Positions 9,618-19,259 of a stretch of 64,000 bases of DNA are shown here, one piece after another. The stretch's first letter is position 1, and every line of letters starts with the position of its first letter. The position numbers were made by a program, and so were the translations under genes. The notes below the pieces were generated by a model. That model did not search any database, was not told the DNA's origin, and saw nothing but the letters and a program-made list of their open reading frames with translations. Source of the DNA: Candidatus Kuenenia stuttgartensis (GTDB taxonomy: Bacteria; Planctomycetota; Planctomycetia; Pirellulales; UBA1268); assembly GCA_945891385.1 (NCBI GenBank), contig CAMDDJ010000004.1, positions 3,932-67,931 of the forward strand, in the 5' to 3' direction.

Positions 9618-10923
9618 CTACCGAGGCCGGTCGCTCGCGGCTGCGACCGATCGCCCGGGGTCGAGGAGCCGTCGCTCCGCCTCGACGTAGTCTGGACAGG
9701 CTGCCTCGACGTCCGTCGCCGTCAGGCCGAAGTCGGCCAGGGAATACCGATGGCGACCGCCGCTCCGTTGATCCGCGTTGGCCAGTTGCCCCCGAATGGC
9801 CGCTTCCGCCTCAACCGTCCAGGTCAGCCCGGCGCGGTCGTAGATCTGGCGGACCGTTGCGGCGGGATCTCGGACGAGATCACGGTAGTGGACGTCGATC
9901 ACGCGGTTGGGATGTCGCCGGGCGGCATCCAGGGCAGCCGGCACGGAGCGGCGCAGCACCGCCAGCATGTCACGGCCGTCGCCCTGCGGATCCCAGGTGT
10001 CGGAGCCCATCGCCCGCAGGGCCGTCGTCAGGCTGCAGAGTGACCCGGCCGACTCGCGGATGTCGCGGTAAGTCTGGACGAAGATCGCATTGGGAAGAAG
10101 CCGTGCGAGGGTGTCCACCCGCGGCGCGTGGAAGGGACACTTGAGTACCCAGTGACGGTCAGTCATGCCGCCGTCGAGAAGATGCAGGAGCGACAGGTAG
10201 TCGCGATAGGCCGCGTCCCAGTCGGCCTCGGTGCGGGCATCGAGCCAGTCTCGGTAGCCCCCGACTCGCCACTGCAACGGGAAAGCCTCGGCGACGAGCG
10301 AGGCCATGAGCAGCCAATAGCACTCCTCCGGGCCGTCGCCCTCGGTCTCGTGAATGCCATCGAGATAGGGTGCGATCCTGCGGACGAAGGCGAGCGCGTC
10401 GATCGCGGCCTGGCGGCGGGCGGCGGGCGGCGGGCGAACGGTCCGCCCGGCCGTCGTCGATCGTCACGAGCGGACTGTACGACTCCCAGTAGAGGAGCGG
10501 CCTGGCGGCCGGGTCTGAGGCCATCAAGCGGTGGAGCAGGGTGGTGCCCGTCCGATGCAGGCCCACGATGAACACGGGGGGGCGGGCCGGACGCAGCAGG
10601 TGCTGTTCCCGCGGCGCAGGCCCACCCCAGACTTCTTCAAGGCAGGCCCGCGTCACCAACTGCCCGAGCAGGACGCCGGTCGCATGGGCCCTGCCGATGG
10701 CGTTGAGCCGAGCATCTCCATGGAGACTGGTGAGCAGCCGCTGCAGCGGCTCCCGAAATGCGGTTCCCAGAAACGCCGGCCGTTGGGCGATCGCGAGGGC
10801 CCGGCGTTCGAGCCAGTCTTGGTCGAGTCGCGGTGAGGCACTCCGTCGGCCGTTGGCCCAGGCCGCACACTGGGCGACGCGATAGGCGAACGATCGGCGG
10901 TAGGGAGACCGGGGGTGGTTCAT
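9618..10923 (-). pseudogene. Sulfotransfer_3-type sulfotransferase interrupted by a +1 frameshift (paralog of 23667..24932)
   Basis: The N-terminal half (ORF 10159..10983, from MNHPRSPYRR; IVGLHRTGTT) and the C-terminal half (ORF 9618..10307 frame, open upstream to about 10440) both align to the intact 421-aa paralog. The frames differ by 1 nt and switch inside a (GGCGGGC)3 tract. Confidence 0.8.
10412..10436. repeat. heptanucleotide tandem repeat GGC(GGCGGGC)x3 at the sulfotransferase frameshift site
   Basis: Read directly: tGGC GGCGGGC GGCGGGC GGCGGGC Gaacg. Confidence 0.95.
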
Positions 10924-11135
10924 CGAGGCGACCTCGGCTTGTTCGTGGGGCAGGCACGCCCTCTCTCCATCTCCACCATACATGGACTGCCATCAGCGGT
11001 ATACTTCGCGACCGCTCGTCCTCCGAGGCTACGGCTGCCTGTGCCTGATCTGGTCTGGTGCTCCGCGTTCGTCGCGTTCCTTGCCGGCTCGCTGGCTGCG
11101 ATCCGTGGGCTCGCGCGGCTCCGGGAGGACGACAC

Positions 11136-11231
11136 GTGACTGATCCGATGAGCATCATCGGCCTCGCGGTGGTGCTCGGCCTGGCGGCCTATCTTCTCGT
11201 CGCTCTGCTCGTGCCGGAGCGATTCTCATGA
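11136..11231 (+). CDS. kdpF: K+-transporting ATPase subunit F
   Basis: Small ORF not in the track: (V)[30 protein letters not shown]. It resembles E. coli KdpF (MS....L.....YL.YAL...E.F). The stop overlaps the kdpA ATG (ATGA). GGAGGA lies 6 nt before GTG 11136. An alternative ATG start is at 11148. Confidence 0.65.
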   Translation: MTDPMSIIGLAVVLGLAAYLLVALLVPERFS

Positions 11232-13042
11232 CCGCGGTTGCGGCGGTGATCGGCGGCCCTCTGGCGATCGTGACGCCCCCCGCGGCTGCGCTGGTGCAGC
11301 TCGCACTCGGGGGCGGTCTCCTGATGGCCGCCGCGGTACCGCTCGGCCGGTTCATGGCAGCCGTGTACGCAGGCCGGTCACCCCGGTTCGCGCGGCCGCT
11401 TCTGTTCCTTGAGCGGACGATCCTGCGGGCCTGTGGCGTCGAAGCCGGTGACGAGATGACCTGGCAGCGGTATGCCACCGCGACCGTCATGCTGAGTGCC
11501 GTCGGCTTTGCCATCGCCTACGGGCTCCAGCGGCTCCAGCATCTCCTGCCCCTCAACCCCGGCGGAGCGGCTGCCGTCGCCCCTGATCTCGCGTTCAACA
11601 CCGCCGTCAGTTTCGTGACCAACACCAATTGGCAGGGCTACGCGGGCGAGGTCGCGATGAGCCAAGGCACTCAGATGCTGGCCCTCACGGTGCAGAACTT
11701 CGTCTCGGCAGCCGTAGGCATGGCGGTATTCGCCGCGTTCGTGCGGGGCTTCACCCGCGCCTCGTCCCAGACGATCGGCAATTTCTGGGTGGACGTCGTT
11801 CGCGGAACAGTGCATGTGCTCCTGCCGCTGGCCACGCTCGTGGCGGTGCCCCTCACCTCTCAGGGCGTGGTGCAGTCGTTCGGGCCGGCCCGCGAGGTGA
11901 ACGTCGTCGAGCAGCCCGATGGCGGCAGCGGCCAGCGTCTCACGCAGCGAATCGTCGTCGGCCCGGTCGCCTCCCAGGTCGCCATCAAGCAGCTCGGCAC
12001 CAACGGCGGCGGGTATTACAACGCCAATTCCGCCCATCCGTTTGAGAACCCCACGCCGCTCTCGAACCTGCTCGAACTGCTCGCCATCCTCCTGATCCCG
12101 ACGGCGATCTGCTTCACGTTCGGGGAGCTTGTCGGCGATCGGCGGCAGGGCTGGGCGCTGTTCGCGGCGATGGCGGCGATCTTCCTGCCGTTGGCCGCGC
12201 TCGTCGTCCTCGCCGAGCAACGGCCGAGTCCACAGTTGCTGGCCCTGGGCATCGATGCGGCGGCCGGCCCGGGGCAGGCCGGTGGCACCATGGAGGGGAA
12301 GGAGGTCCGGTTCGGGATCGTGAACTCCGCGGTCTGGGCCGCCGCCACGACGGCCGCCTCGAACGGCTCGGTCAACGCGATGCACGATTCCTTCACGCCG
12401 CTTGGCGGGCTCGTCCCGATGCTGCTGATGCAACTCGGCGAGGTCGTCTTCGGTGGCGTCGGCTCGGGCCTCTACGGGCTCGTGCTCTTCGCGCTGGTAG
12501 CGGTGTTTCTCGCGGGGCTCATGGTGGGGCGGACGCCCGAGTATCTCGGCAAGAAGATCGGCGGCTTCGAGATCAAGATGGCTGTGATCGCCATCCTGCT
12601 GCCGTGCGTGACCGTGCTCGTGGGCACGGCGATCGCACTCCAGACGTCGGCTGGCCGGGCCGGCATCGCCAACCCCGGAGCCCACGGCTTCAGCGAGGTG
12701 CTCTACGCCCTTTCGTCCGCGTCGAACAACAATGGCAGCGGCTTCGCCGGCCTGGCCGCCAGTTCGCCCTTCTACAACGGACTCCTCGGGGCCGCGATGA
12801 TGATCGGTCGCTTCTGGGTGATGCTGCCCGTGATCGCGATCGCGGGGTCGCTGGCGGCCAAGAAGCACGTGCCGGCAGGGCCGGGCACCCTGCCCACCCA
12901 CACGCCGCTGTTCGTGGCGATGGTCGTCGCCGTCGTGCTGATCGTGGGCGCCTTGAGTTTCTTCCCCGCCCTCGCCCTCGGACCGATCGTCGAAGAGCTC
13001 GAGTTTGTGTCGGCGGCGCGAGCTGCAGGGGCTCGTCCATGA
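11228..13042 (+). CDS. kdpA: K+-transporting ATPase subunit A
   Basis: 604-aa polytopic ORF in kdpF-A-B-C order. It contains NTNWQGY and [19 protein letters not shown], typical KdpA selectivity-filter regions. Confidence 0.95.
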   Translation: MTAVAAVIGGPLAIVTPPAAALVQLALGGGLLMAAAVPLGRFMAAVYAGRSPRFARPLLFLERTILRACGVEAGDEMTWQRYATATVMLSAVGFAIAYGLQRLQHLLPLNPGGAAAVAPDLAFNTAVSFVTNTNWQGYAGEVAMSQGTQMLALTVQNFVSAAVGMAVFAAFVRGFTRASSQTIGNFWVDVVRGTVHVLLPLATLVAVPLTSQGVVQSFGPAREVNVVEQPDGGSGQRLTQRIVVGPVASQVAIKQLGTNGGGYYNANSAHPFENPTPLSNLLELLAILLIPTAICFTFGELVGDRRQGWALFAAMAAIFLPLAALVVLAEQRPSPQLLALGIDAAAGPGQAGGTMEGKEVRFGIVNSAVWAAATTAASNGSVNAMHDSFTPLGGLVPMLLMQLGEVVFGGVGSGLYGLVLFALVAVFLAGLMVGRTPEYLGKKIGGFEIKMAVIAILLPCVTVLVGTAIALQTSAGRAGIANPGAHGFSEVLYALSSASNNNGSGFAGLAASSPFYNGLLGAAMMIGRFWVMLPVIAIAGSLAAKKHVPAGPGTLPTHTPLFVAMVVAVVLIVGALSFFPALALGPIVEELEFVSAARAAGARP

Positions 13043-15111
13043 CCCGCAGGATCCGCTCCAGCGCTTCGTTTGCCGACGGTCGGCTGATCTGGGAGGCGAT
13101 CGGAGGGGCTTTTCGCAAGCTCGATCCCCGGGTGCAGCTGCGGAACCCGGTGATGTTCACCGTCTACGTCGGCAGCCTCGCGACCACGCTCCTCTGGATC
13201 CGGTCACTCGCCGGCGGCGTGGGCGAGTCCTCGGGGTTCATTCTCGGCATCTCGATCTGGCTGTGGTTTACCGTGTTGTTCGCCAACTTCGCCGAGGCGA
13301 TCGCCGAGGGAGCCGGCAAGGCCCAGGCGGCGACGCTCCGGCAGAGCCGCACGACCGTGTCGGCCCGGCGGTACGACCCCGCCAGCGGCCAGCCCATCGA
13401 TGAGGTGGCGGCCACGGCCTTGGTGGTCGGGGACTTCGTGGTCGTCGAGGCCGGCGAGACGATTCCGGCCGACGGCGATGTGGTCGAGGGGGTGGCCTCG
13501 GTGGACGAGAGCGCCATCACGGGCGAGAGCGCCCCGGTGGTGCGGGAAAGCGGCGGCGACCGCAGCGCCGTCACCGGCGGCACCCGGGTGCTCTCCGACC
13601 GGCTCGTGATCCGCGTCTCCACGCTGCCCGGGCAGAGCTTTCTCGATCGCATGATCGCCATGGTCGAGGGAGCCGCGCGGCAGAAGACCCCCAACGAGAT
13701 CGCCCTGGCGATCCTACTCGCCGCGCTGACGCTCGTGTTCCTCGTGGTGGTGGCCACGCTCCTGCCATTTTCGGCCTACAGCGTGGCGGCCAGCGGCCAA
13801 GGCCGGCCGATCGGCCTCGCGGTGCTCATCGCCCTCTTCGTCTGCCTCGCGCCCACCACGATCGGTGCCTTGCTCTCGGCCATCGGCATCGCCGGCATGA
13901 ATCGCCTGGCCCGAGCCAACGTGATCGCGATGTCGGGGCGGGCGGTCGAGGCGGCCGGCGACATCGACGTGCTGCTGCTCGACAAGACGGGCACGATCAC
14001 GCTCGGCAACCGCCAGGCCGCCACGTTCCTCCCGGCTCCGGGCGTCGCCGAGCGGGACCTTGCCGAGGTCGCGCACCTGGCGTCGCTCGCCGACGAGACG
14101 GCCGAGGGCCGCAGCATCGTGGTGCTGGCCAAAAACCGCTTCGACATCCAGGACCGTGACCTCGAGAGCGTGCAGCCGTCGTTCGTGCCGTTTTCCGCGC
14201 GAACCCGCATGAGCGGCGTGACCCTCGACGGCCACGAGATCCGCAAGGGGGCCTGCGACGCCGTGGAGCGGCATGTGACGGGGCTCGGCGGCCGCCTCCC
14301 CGACGAGGTGCGGGCCGCCACCTCGGCCGTGGCCCGGGCCGGCGGCACGCCGCTGGTCGTGAGCCGCGATGCCGATGTCTTGGGCGTGATCGAACTCAAG
14401 GACGTGGTGAAGGGGGGCATCAAGGAGCGGTTCGCCGAGCTGCGGCGGATGGGCATCAAGACCGTGATGATCACCGGCGACAACCCGCTGACCGCCGCGG
14501 CGATCGCGGCCGAGTCGGGGGTTGACGACTTCCTGGCGGAGGCCACCCCCGAGGCGAAGCTGGCGCTGATCCGCGACTACCAGAAGGGAGGGCGGCTCGT
14601 CGCCATGACCGGCGACGGCACGAACGACGCGCCGGCGCTCGCCCAGGCCGATGTCGCCGTGGCGATGAACAGCGGCACGCAGGCCGCCAAGGAGGCCGGC
14701 AACATGGTCGACCTCGATTCCAATCCCACCAAATTGATCGAGATCGTCAACATCGGCAAGCAACTGCTGATGACCCGCGGGGCGCTCACGACCTTCAGTA
14801 TCGCCAACGACGTGGCGAAGTATTTCGCGATCCTGCCGGCGGCGTTCGCCGCCACCTACCCCGCGCTTCGCGGGCTCGACCTGATGCGGCTCTCGTCACC
14901 GACGACGGCCGTGCTCTCGGCCGTGATCTTCAACGCGCTGGTCATCGTGGCGCTCGTGCCGCTCGCGCTCAAGGGCGTGGCCTACCGTCCCCGGCCCGCG
15001 GTCGAGCTGCTCCGCACCAACCTGCTCGTCTATGGCCTGGGTGGCCTGCTCGTGCCGTTCGTCGGCATCAAGGCGATCGACCTTCTCCTGGCGGCGCTCG
15101 GCGTCGCCTGA
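13039..15111 (+). CDS. kdpB: K+-transporting P-type ATPase subunit B
   Basis: Start at MTRRIRSS (ATGA overlap with the kdpA stop). Motifs: [13 protein letters not shown] (phospho-Asp) and [21 protein letters not shown]. Confidence 0.95.
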   Translation: MTRRIRSSASFADGRLIWEAIGGAFRKLDPRVQLRNPVMFTVYVGSLATTLLWIRSLAGGVGESSGFILGISIWLWFTVLFANFAEAIAEGAGKAQAATLRQSRTTVSARRYDPASGQPIDEVAATALVVGDFVVVEAGETIPADGDVVEGVASVDESAITGESAPVVRESGGDRSAVTGGTRVLSDRLVIRVSTLPGQSFLDRMIAMVEGAARQKTPNEIALAILLAALTLVFLVVVATLLPFSAYSVAASGQGRPIGLAVLIALFVCLAPTTIGALLSAIGIAGMNRLARANVIAMSGRAVEAAGDIDVLLLDKTGTITLGNRQAATFLPAPGVAERDLAEVAHLASLADETAEGRSIVVLAKNRFDIQDRDLESVQPSFVPFSARTRMSGVTLDGHEIRKGACDAVERHVTGLGGRLPDEVRAATSAVARAGGTPLVVSRDADVLGVIELKDVVKGGIKERFAELRRMGIKTVMITGDNPLTAAAIAAESGVDDFLAEATPEAKLALIRDYQKGGRLVAMTGDGTNDAPALAQADVAVAMNSGTQAAKEAGNMVDLDSNPTKLIEIVNIGKQLLMTRGALTTFSIANDVAKYFAILPAAFAATYPALRGLDLMRLSSPTTAVLSAVIFNALVIVALVPLALKGVAYRPRPAVELLRTNLLVYGLGGLLVPFVGIKAIDLLLAALGVA

Positions 15112-15142
15112 CCACGTTTCCTTGTCCGGGGAACCCGCTCCA

Positions 15143-15730
15143 ATGGTTCGCGAACTCAACACCGCCGTCAGACTGCTCGCGATCCTGACGCTTCTGACCG
15201 GCGTCGCCTATCCGCTGGCCGTGACGGCGGCCGCGCGGCTGCTCTTTCCCGCCGCGGCGGAGGGCAGCCTCGTCGATGCCGTGGGACAGCCGACCACGCA
15301 GGCGGCGGCCGTCGGTTCCGCGCTCATCGGGCAGGAGTTCACCGCCGACCGGTATCTGTGGGGCCGGCTCTCGGCCACCGCGCCGCAGCCCTACAACGCG
15401 GCGGCCTCCGGCGGCTCGAACCTCGGGCCCCTCAACCCGGCCGTGGCAGAGACCGCCCAACGGAGACTCGCGGCTCTCGGGGCGTCGGCGCCGCGAGCCG
15501 GCGGCGTGCCCGTCGATCTCGTGACTGCATCGGCGAGCGGGCTCGATCCGCACATTTCCCCGGCGGCGGCCGAATTTCAGGTGCCGCGGATCGCCGCGGC
15601 CCGGGGCATCGCCCCGGACGCCGTGCGGACCATCGTCGCTCGGCACACGTCCGGCCGGCAGTTTGGCCTGCTCGGTGAGCCGCGGGTCAACGTGCTGCTC
15701 GTCAACCTGGCCCTCGACGCGGTTCGGTGA
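15143..15730 (+). CDS. kdpC: K+-transporting ATPase subunit C
   Basis: Start at [25 protein letters not shown]. Motifs: [33 protein letters not shown]. Confidence 0.9.
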   Translation: MVRELNTAVRLLAILTLLTGVAYPLAVTAAARLLFPAAAEGSLVDAVGQPTTQAAAVGSALIGQEFTADRYLWGRLSATAPQPYNAAASGGSNLGPLNPAVAETAQRRLAALGASAPRAGGVPVDLVTASASGLDPHISPAAAEFQVPRIAAARGIAPDAVRTIVARHTSGRQFGLLGEPRVNVLLVNLALDAVR

Positions 15731-15740
15731 GGGAAGTTCC

Positions 15741-17753
15741 ATGCATCAGCAGCGGCCAGATCCTGACGCCGTGCTCGCCAGCCTCCGGAAGGGAGATCGG
15801 CAGGGCACGCGGGGCCTGCTGCGAATCTTCTTTGGTTACGCGGCTGGCGTCGGCAAGACGTATGCGATGCTCCAGGCAGCCCACCGGGCCAAGGGCGACG
15901 GCCGGGACGTCGTGGTCGGCTATGTCGAGCCGCATGCCCGGCCGGCGACCGCGGCGCTGCTCGACGGGCTCGAGCTGCTTCCGACCGTGCGTGTGCCCTA
16001 TCGCGGCGTGACGCTCCACGAGGTGGACGTCCCCGCAGCCCTCGAGCGGCGTCCGGCCGTCCTGCTCGTCGACGAACTCGCGCACACCAATGCCCCCGGC
16101 AGCCTCCACGAGAAGCGGTGGCAGGACATCGACGACCTGCTCGCTGCGGGGATCGATGTCTGGACCACGCTCAACGTTCAGCACATCGAGAGCCTCAATG
16201 ACGTCATCGGCCAGATCACGGGCATCGTCGTCCGCGAGACAATTCCCGACGGCGTGTTTTATCTGGCCGATGAAATCGAATTGATCGACGTCACGCCCGA
16301 TGAGCTGCTTGATCGGATCGCTGCCGGCAGGGTGTATCTCCCGGCCCAGGCCCGGCAGGCACTCGCGCGGTTTTTTCAGCCCGCCAACCTCACGGCCCTG
16401 CGTGAGTTGTCGCTCCGCCAGGCTGCCCGACGGGTGCGGCTCGACGTCGAGTCGTCTCGCAGTGGGCAGCGGAATTCCCCGCCGCGTGAGCTGTCGGGCC
16501 GGCTGCTCGTCTGCGTCGGCCCGAGTCCGACGGCTTCGCGGGTGCTCCGGGTCGCGAGCCAGTTGGCGACGGCGCTCGATATCGAGTGGATCGCCGTGAG
16601 CGTCGATGCCCCCGGCACGCCGTTCGACGCTTCCGCCAGGACGCGGATCACCGAACACCTGCGGCTCGCGGAGCGGCTCGGTGCCGAGTCGGCCATACTC
16701 GCCGGCCCGAACATCGCTGCCGCGATCAGCGAGTTCGCTGTGAGCCGCGGTGTGGCGAAGATCGTGCTCGGCAGGACAGGCGCACCCTGGTGGCGACGAA
16801 TCGTTCATGGCACGGTGGTCGATGCCTTGCTCGCGGCCTCGAAGGGTGTCGACGTCTACGTGGTTCAGGGTGCGGTCGAGAACACGCTGCCGCCCCCCGC
16901 AGCCGGACGACAGGCCGGCGGCTTGAAGGTCGCGTGGAAGGCCCTGGTTCCGGCGGTCGGGCCCGTCATGATCGCGGCAGCGATCGCTGCCATCATTCGG
17001 CAGTTCGAGCACACCGATGCCGAGGCCAACACGGTGATGCTTTTCCTTGCGGCCATCGCGTGGGTAGCGGCCCGGCATGGCCGGCCTGGAGCGATCGCGG
17101 CGAGTGCGCTCGCGGTGCTCACCTTCGATTTCTTTTTCGTGAAGCCCCAGCTGACCTTGTCCTACAGCGATCTGGACTACACCGCGGTCTTCGCCCTGAT
17201 GTTCGGGATCGGACTGACGATCGGCACCTTGGCCTCGCGGCTCCGCGGCCAGATCGAGACGAGCCGCCGGCAGGAGCAGCGGACAGCGTTTCTCTACGAC
17301 GTGACCCGGCGGCTCAGCCGGGCAGCCGGCACCGCGGCGCTGGCCGACGCGGCCTGCAACACACTGACCGATCGGTATCAGGGCGGTGCGGTTGTGTACC
17401 TCGACGCGCGGCCGCAGCCGCCGACCCTCGTCGGCGGTCCCGCCGATGTGGTGATTACGAGCGATCCGGTGAGCCTGACCGCCGCCGACTGGGTGATCCT
17501 TCGCCACCAGATCGCCGGAGCCGGAACCGATACGCTGCCGAATGCCCTTGCCTTGTTCGTTCCCCTCGCTGCCTCGGGGCGGACGCTCGGCGCCCTGGCC
17601 GTGCGAGCCGCTGATATGCGGCGGCTCGACGATCCGGAGGAGCGACGGCTGATCACGGCCTGCGGAGCGCAGCTCGCGCTCGCGCTCGACCGCGAGCCTG
17701 AGCCCTGTTCTGAACATGGCCAGGCATCAGCCGCCACGACGGATCGTCGGTAA
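15741..17753 (+). CDS. kdpD: KdpD sensor module (KdpD-N, USP, 4 TM, GAF) lacking the histidine-kinase transmitter domain
   Basis: Start at MHQQRPDPD. FFGYAAGVGKTYAML is the KdpD N-terminal P-loop. AGAGTDTLP is the GAF-region motif. The protein ends at ...CGAQLALALDREPEPCSEHGQASAATTDRR*, with no H-box or HATPase motifs. Confidence 0.85.
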   Translation: MHQQRPDPDAVLASLRKGDRQGTRGLLRIFFGYAAGVGKTYAMLQAAHRAKGDGRDVVVGYVEPHARPATAALLDGLELLPTVRVPYRGVTLHEVDVPAALERRPAVLLVDELAHTNAPGSLHEKRWQDIDDLLAAGIDVWTTLNVQHIESLNDVIGQITGIVVRETIPDGVFYLADEIELIDVTPDELLDRIAAGRVYLPAQARQALARFFQPANLTALRELSLRQAARRVRLDVESSRSGQRNSPPRELSGRLLVCVGPSPTASRVLRVASQLATALDIEWIAVSVDAPGTPFDASARTRITEHLRLAERLGAESAILAGPNIAAAISEFAVSRGVAKIVLGRTGAPWWRRIVHGTVVDALLAASKGVDVYVVQGAVENTLPPPAAGRQAGGLKVAWKALVPAVGPVMIAAAIAAIIRQFEHTDAEANTVMLFLAAIAWVAARHGRPGAIAASALAVLTFDFFFVKPQLTLSYSDLDYTAVFALMFGIGLTIGTLASRLRGQIETSRRQEQRTAFLYDVTRRLSRAAGTAALADAACNTLTDRYQGGAVVYLDARPQPPTLVGGPADVVITSDPVSLTAADWVILRHQIAGAGTDTLPNALALFVPLAASGRTLGALAVRAADMRRLDDPEERRLITACGAQLALALDREPEPCSEHGQASAATTDRR

Positions 17754-17778
17754 GCCGCACGATCTCCCCATGGACCGC

Positions 17779-19248
17779 TCAGGCGAGCGGCGCCGGCTCG
17801 AGCCGGAGCACCACGGGCCGGGAGGTCCGGAGGGTCACCTTCGGCTGCGGCTCGACTGGCGTCGGATCGGCCAGCCGCGGGCGGAGCCGGGCGAGGATGG
17901 TGCCCACGATGATCTGCGACTCGATCATGGCGAAGCTCGCGCCCAGGCAGATGCGGGGGCCGGCGCTGAACGGCAGATAGGCGAACTTGTTCTTCTGCTC
18001 CTCGCGGCCCGGCTCGAACCGCTCCGGCCGAAATGCCTCCGGGTCGCTCCAGAGCTGCGGCAGTCGATGGAGGGCGTAGGGGCAGAAGATCACGAGGTCC
18101 CCCTTGGCCACCCGGGTGCCGGCCAGGTCGTCGGGACCGAGCGCCCGGCGATCGAACATCCAGACCGGCGGATAGAGCCGGAGGGTCTCCTGGATCACGG
18201 CCTTCAGCCGCGGCAGGCGGCCGATGTCGTCCACCGTGGGCGGCTGTCCGCCGGTGGCCGTCACGAGTTCTGCCCGCAGCCGTTCGAGTTCACCGGGATG
18301 TCGGTCGAGCAACACCCACAGCCAGGAGAGCGCGTTGGCCGTCGTCTCGTGGCCCGCGATCATCATCGTCATCACTTCGTCGCGGAGCTGGGCATCGCTC
18401 ATCGACTCACCCGTCTCCTCGTCCCGCGCCGCCATCAGGGTCGTGAGCAGATCCCGCTGTCCTTCGTCGGCTTCGTTACTCGCCAGCCGTTGCCGCCGCG
18501 CGGCGATCAGCCGCCGTACGATCGCGTCGAGCGCGTCGACCGCTGGCCGCAGCCGACGGTTGTTGGCCGTCGGCAGCCAGAGAGGCGGCCGGACCGGCGA
18601 CGACACCCGGGCCGCGAGGCAGGCGAGGATCGTGGGGAACACGCGGTTGATCTCGTCAGCGCTCGCCGCAAGGTCGTCGCCGAAGAGCGTCTCGGCTACG
18701 GCGCGGAGCGTGACTTTCATCATGTCGGTGCAGGCATCGACGGTGTCGCCCTGCCGGGCCGCCGCCTCCCAGTTGGCAGCACACTCGGCCGCCATCCGGG
18801 AGATGATCGGACCGAATCGCTTGACGCTCTCGCCATGGAAGGCAGGCTGGGCGATCCGCCGCTGCCGCCTCCAGAACCCGCCGCCGCTCGTCAACAGCCC
18901 GTTGCCAAGCACGACCCGCACGGCGTCGAAGGCTGGCGTGCGCTTGTCGTAGTTGGCAATGTTGTCGAGCAGGACGTGCCGGATGAGGGCCGGGTCGGAG
19001 ACGAGGTGTCCGCGGTGAAATCCTATGGCGAGCGGCACGACCGCCCCCTGGCGCGACCGCCGGCAAAACTCCCCGAGCGGGTCGTGGGCGAGCGTCGCCA
19101 GGTCGCCGCCAATGAGTCGTGCAAGGAGTCCGGCCACGGTGTGCCTCTGGCCCCCGGGTTGTGTGATGACGGGGCACGCATGAAAATCGACCGCTGGACA
19201 CCGCATCGGCGTCCGTTCCGAAAATCTACCCGACGCGGGCCCGCTCAC
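17779..19248 (-). CDS. cytochrome P450
   Basis: 489-aa ORF. Motifs: AGHETTA (I-helix), ETLRLYPP (ExxR), FSAGPRICLG (heme Cys loop). The start is uncertain (a later Met at 19206 is possible). Confidence 0.9.
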   Translation of the reverse strand: MSGPASGRFSERTPMRCPAVDFHACPVITQPGGQRHTVAGLLARLIGGDLATLAHDPLGEFCRRSRQGAVVPLAIGFHRGHLVSDPALIRHVLLDNIANYDKRTPAFDAVRVVLGNGLLTSGGGFWRRQRRIAQPAFHGESVKRFGPIISRMAAECAANWEAAARQGDTVDACTDMMKVTLRAVAETLFGDDLAASADEINRVFPTILACLAARVSSPVRPPLWLPTANNRRLRPAVDALDAIVRRLIAARRQRLASNEADEGQRDLLTTLMAARDEETGESMSDAQLRDEVMTMMIAGHETTANALSWLWVLLDRHPGELERLRAELVTATGGQPPTVDDIGRLPRLKAVIQETLRLYPPVWMFDRRALGPDDLAGTRVAKGDLVIFCPYALHRLPQLWSDPEAFRPERFEPGREEQKNKFAYLPFSAGPRICLGASFAMIESQIIVGTILARLRPRLADPTPVEPQPKVTLRTSRPVVLRLEPAPLA

Positions 19249-19259
19249 GCCCGATCGCC

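Noticed and set aside
10924-11147. c-di-AMP (ydaO/kimA-type) riboswitch upstream of the kdp operon
   Set aside because: I could not find the conserved elements I remember for that class, such as the ACAGCUAACC-like segment or the paired GGGGA/CCCA motifs. Only a generic long-range helix is present, and that is reported separately as low-confidence.
12604-13038. N-terminal extensions of track ORFs for kdpB, kdpC (15032), kdpD (15663), phr (3833), purU (to 46926), the GT (to 27355), the SDR (to 23716) and others
   Set aside because: The extensions overlap the preceding genes or intergenic repeats and lack homology. Internal starts give canonical N-termini and, in several cases, ATGA/TGATG coupling.
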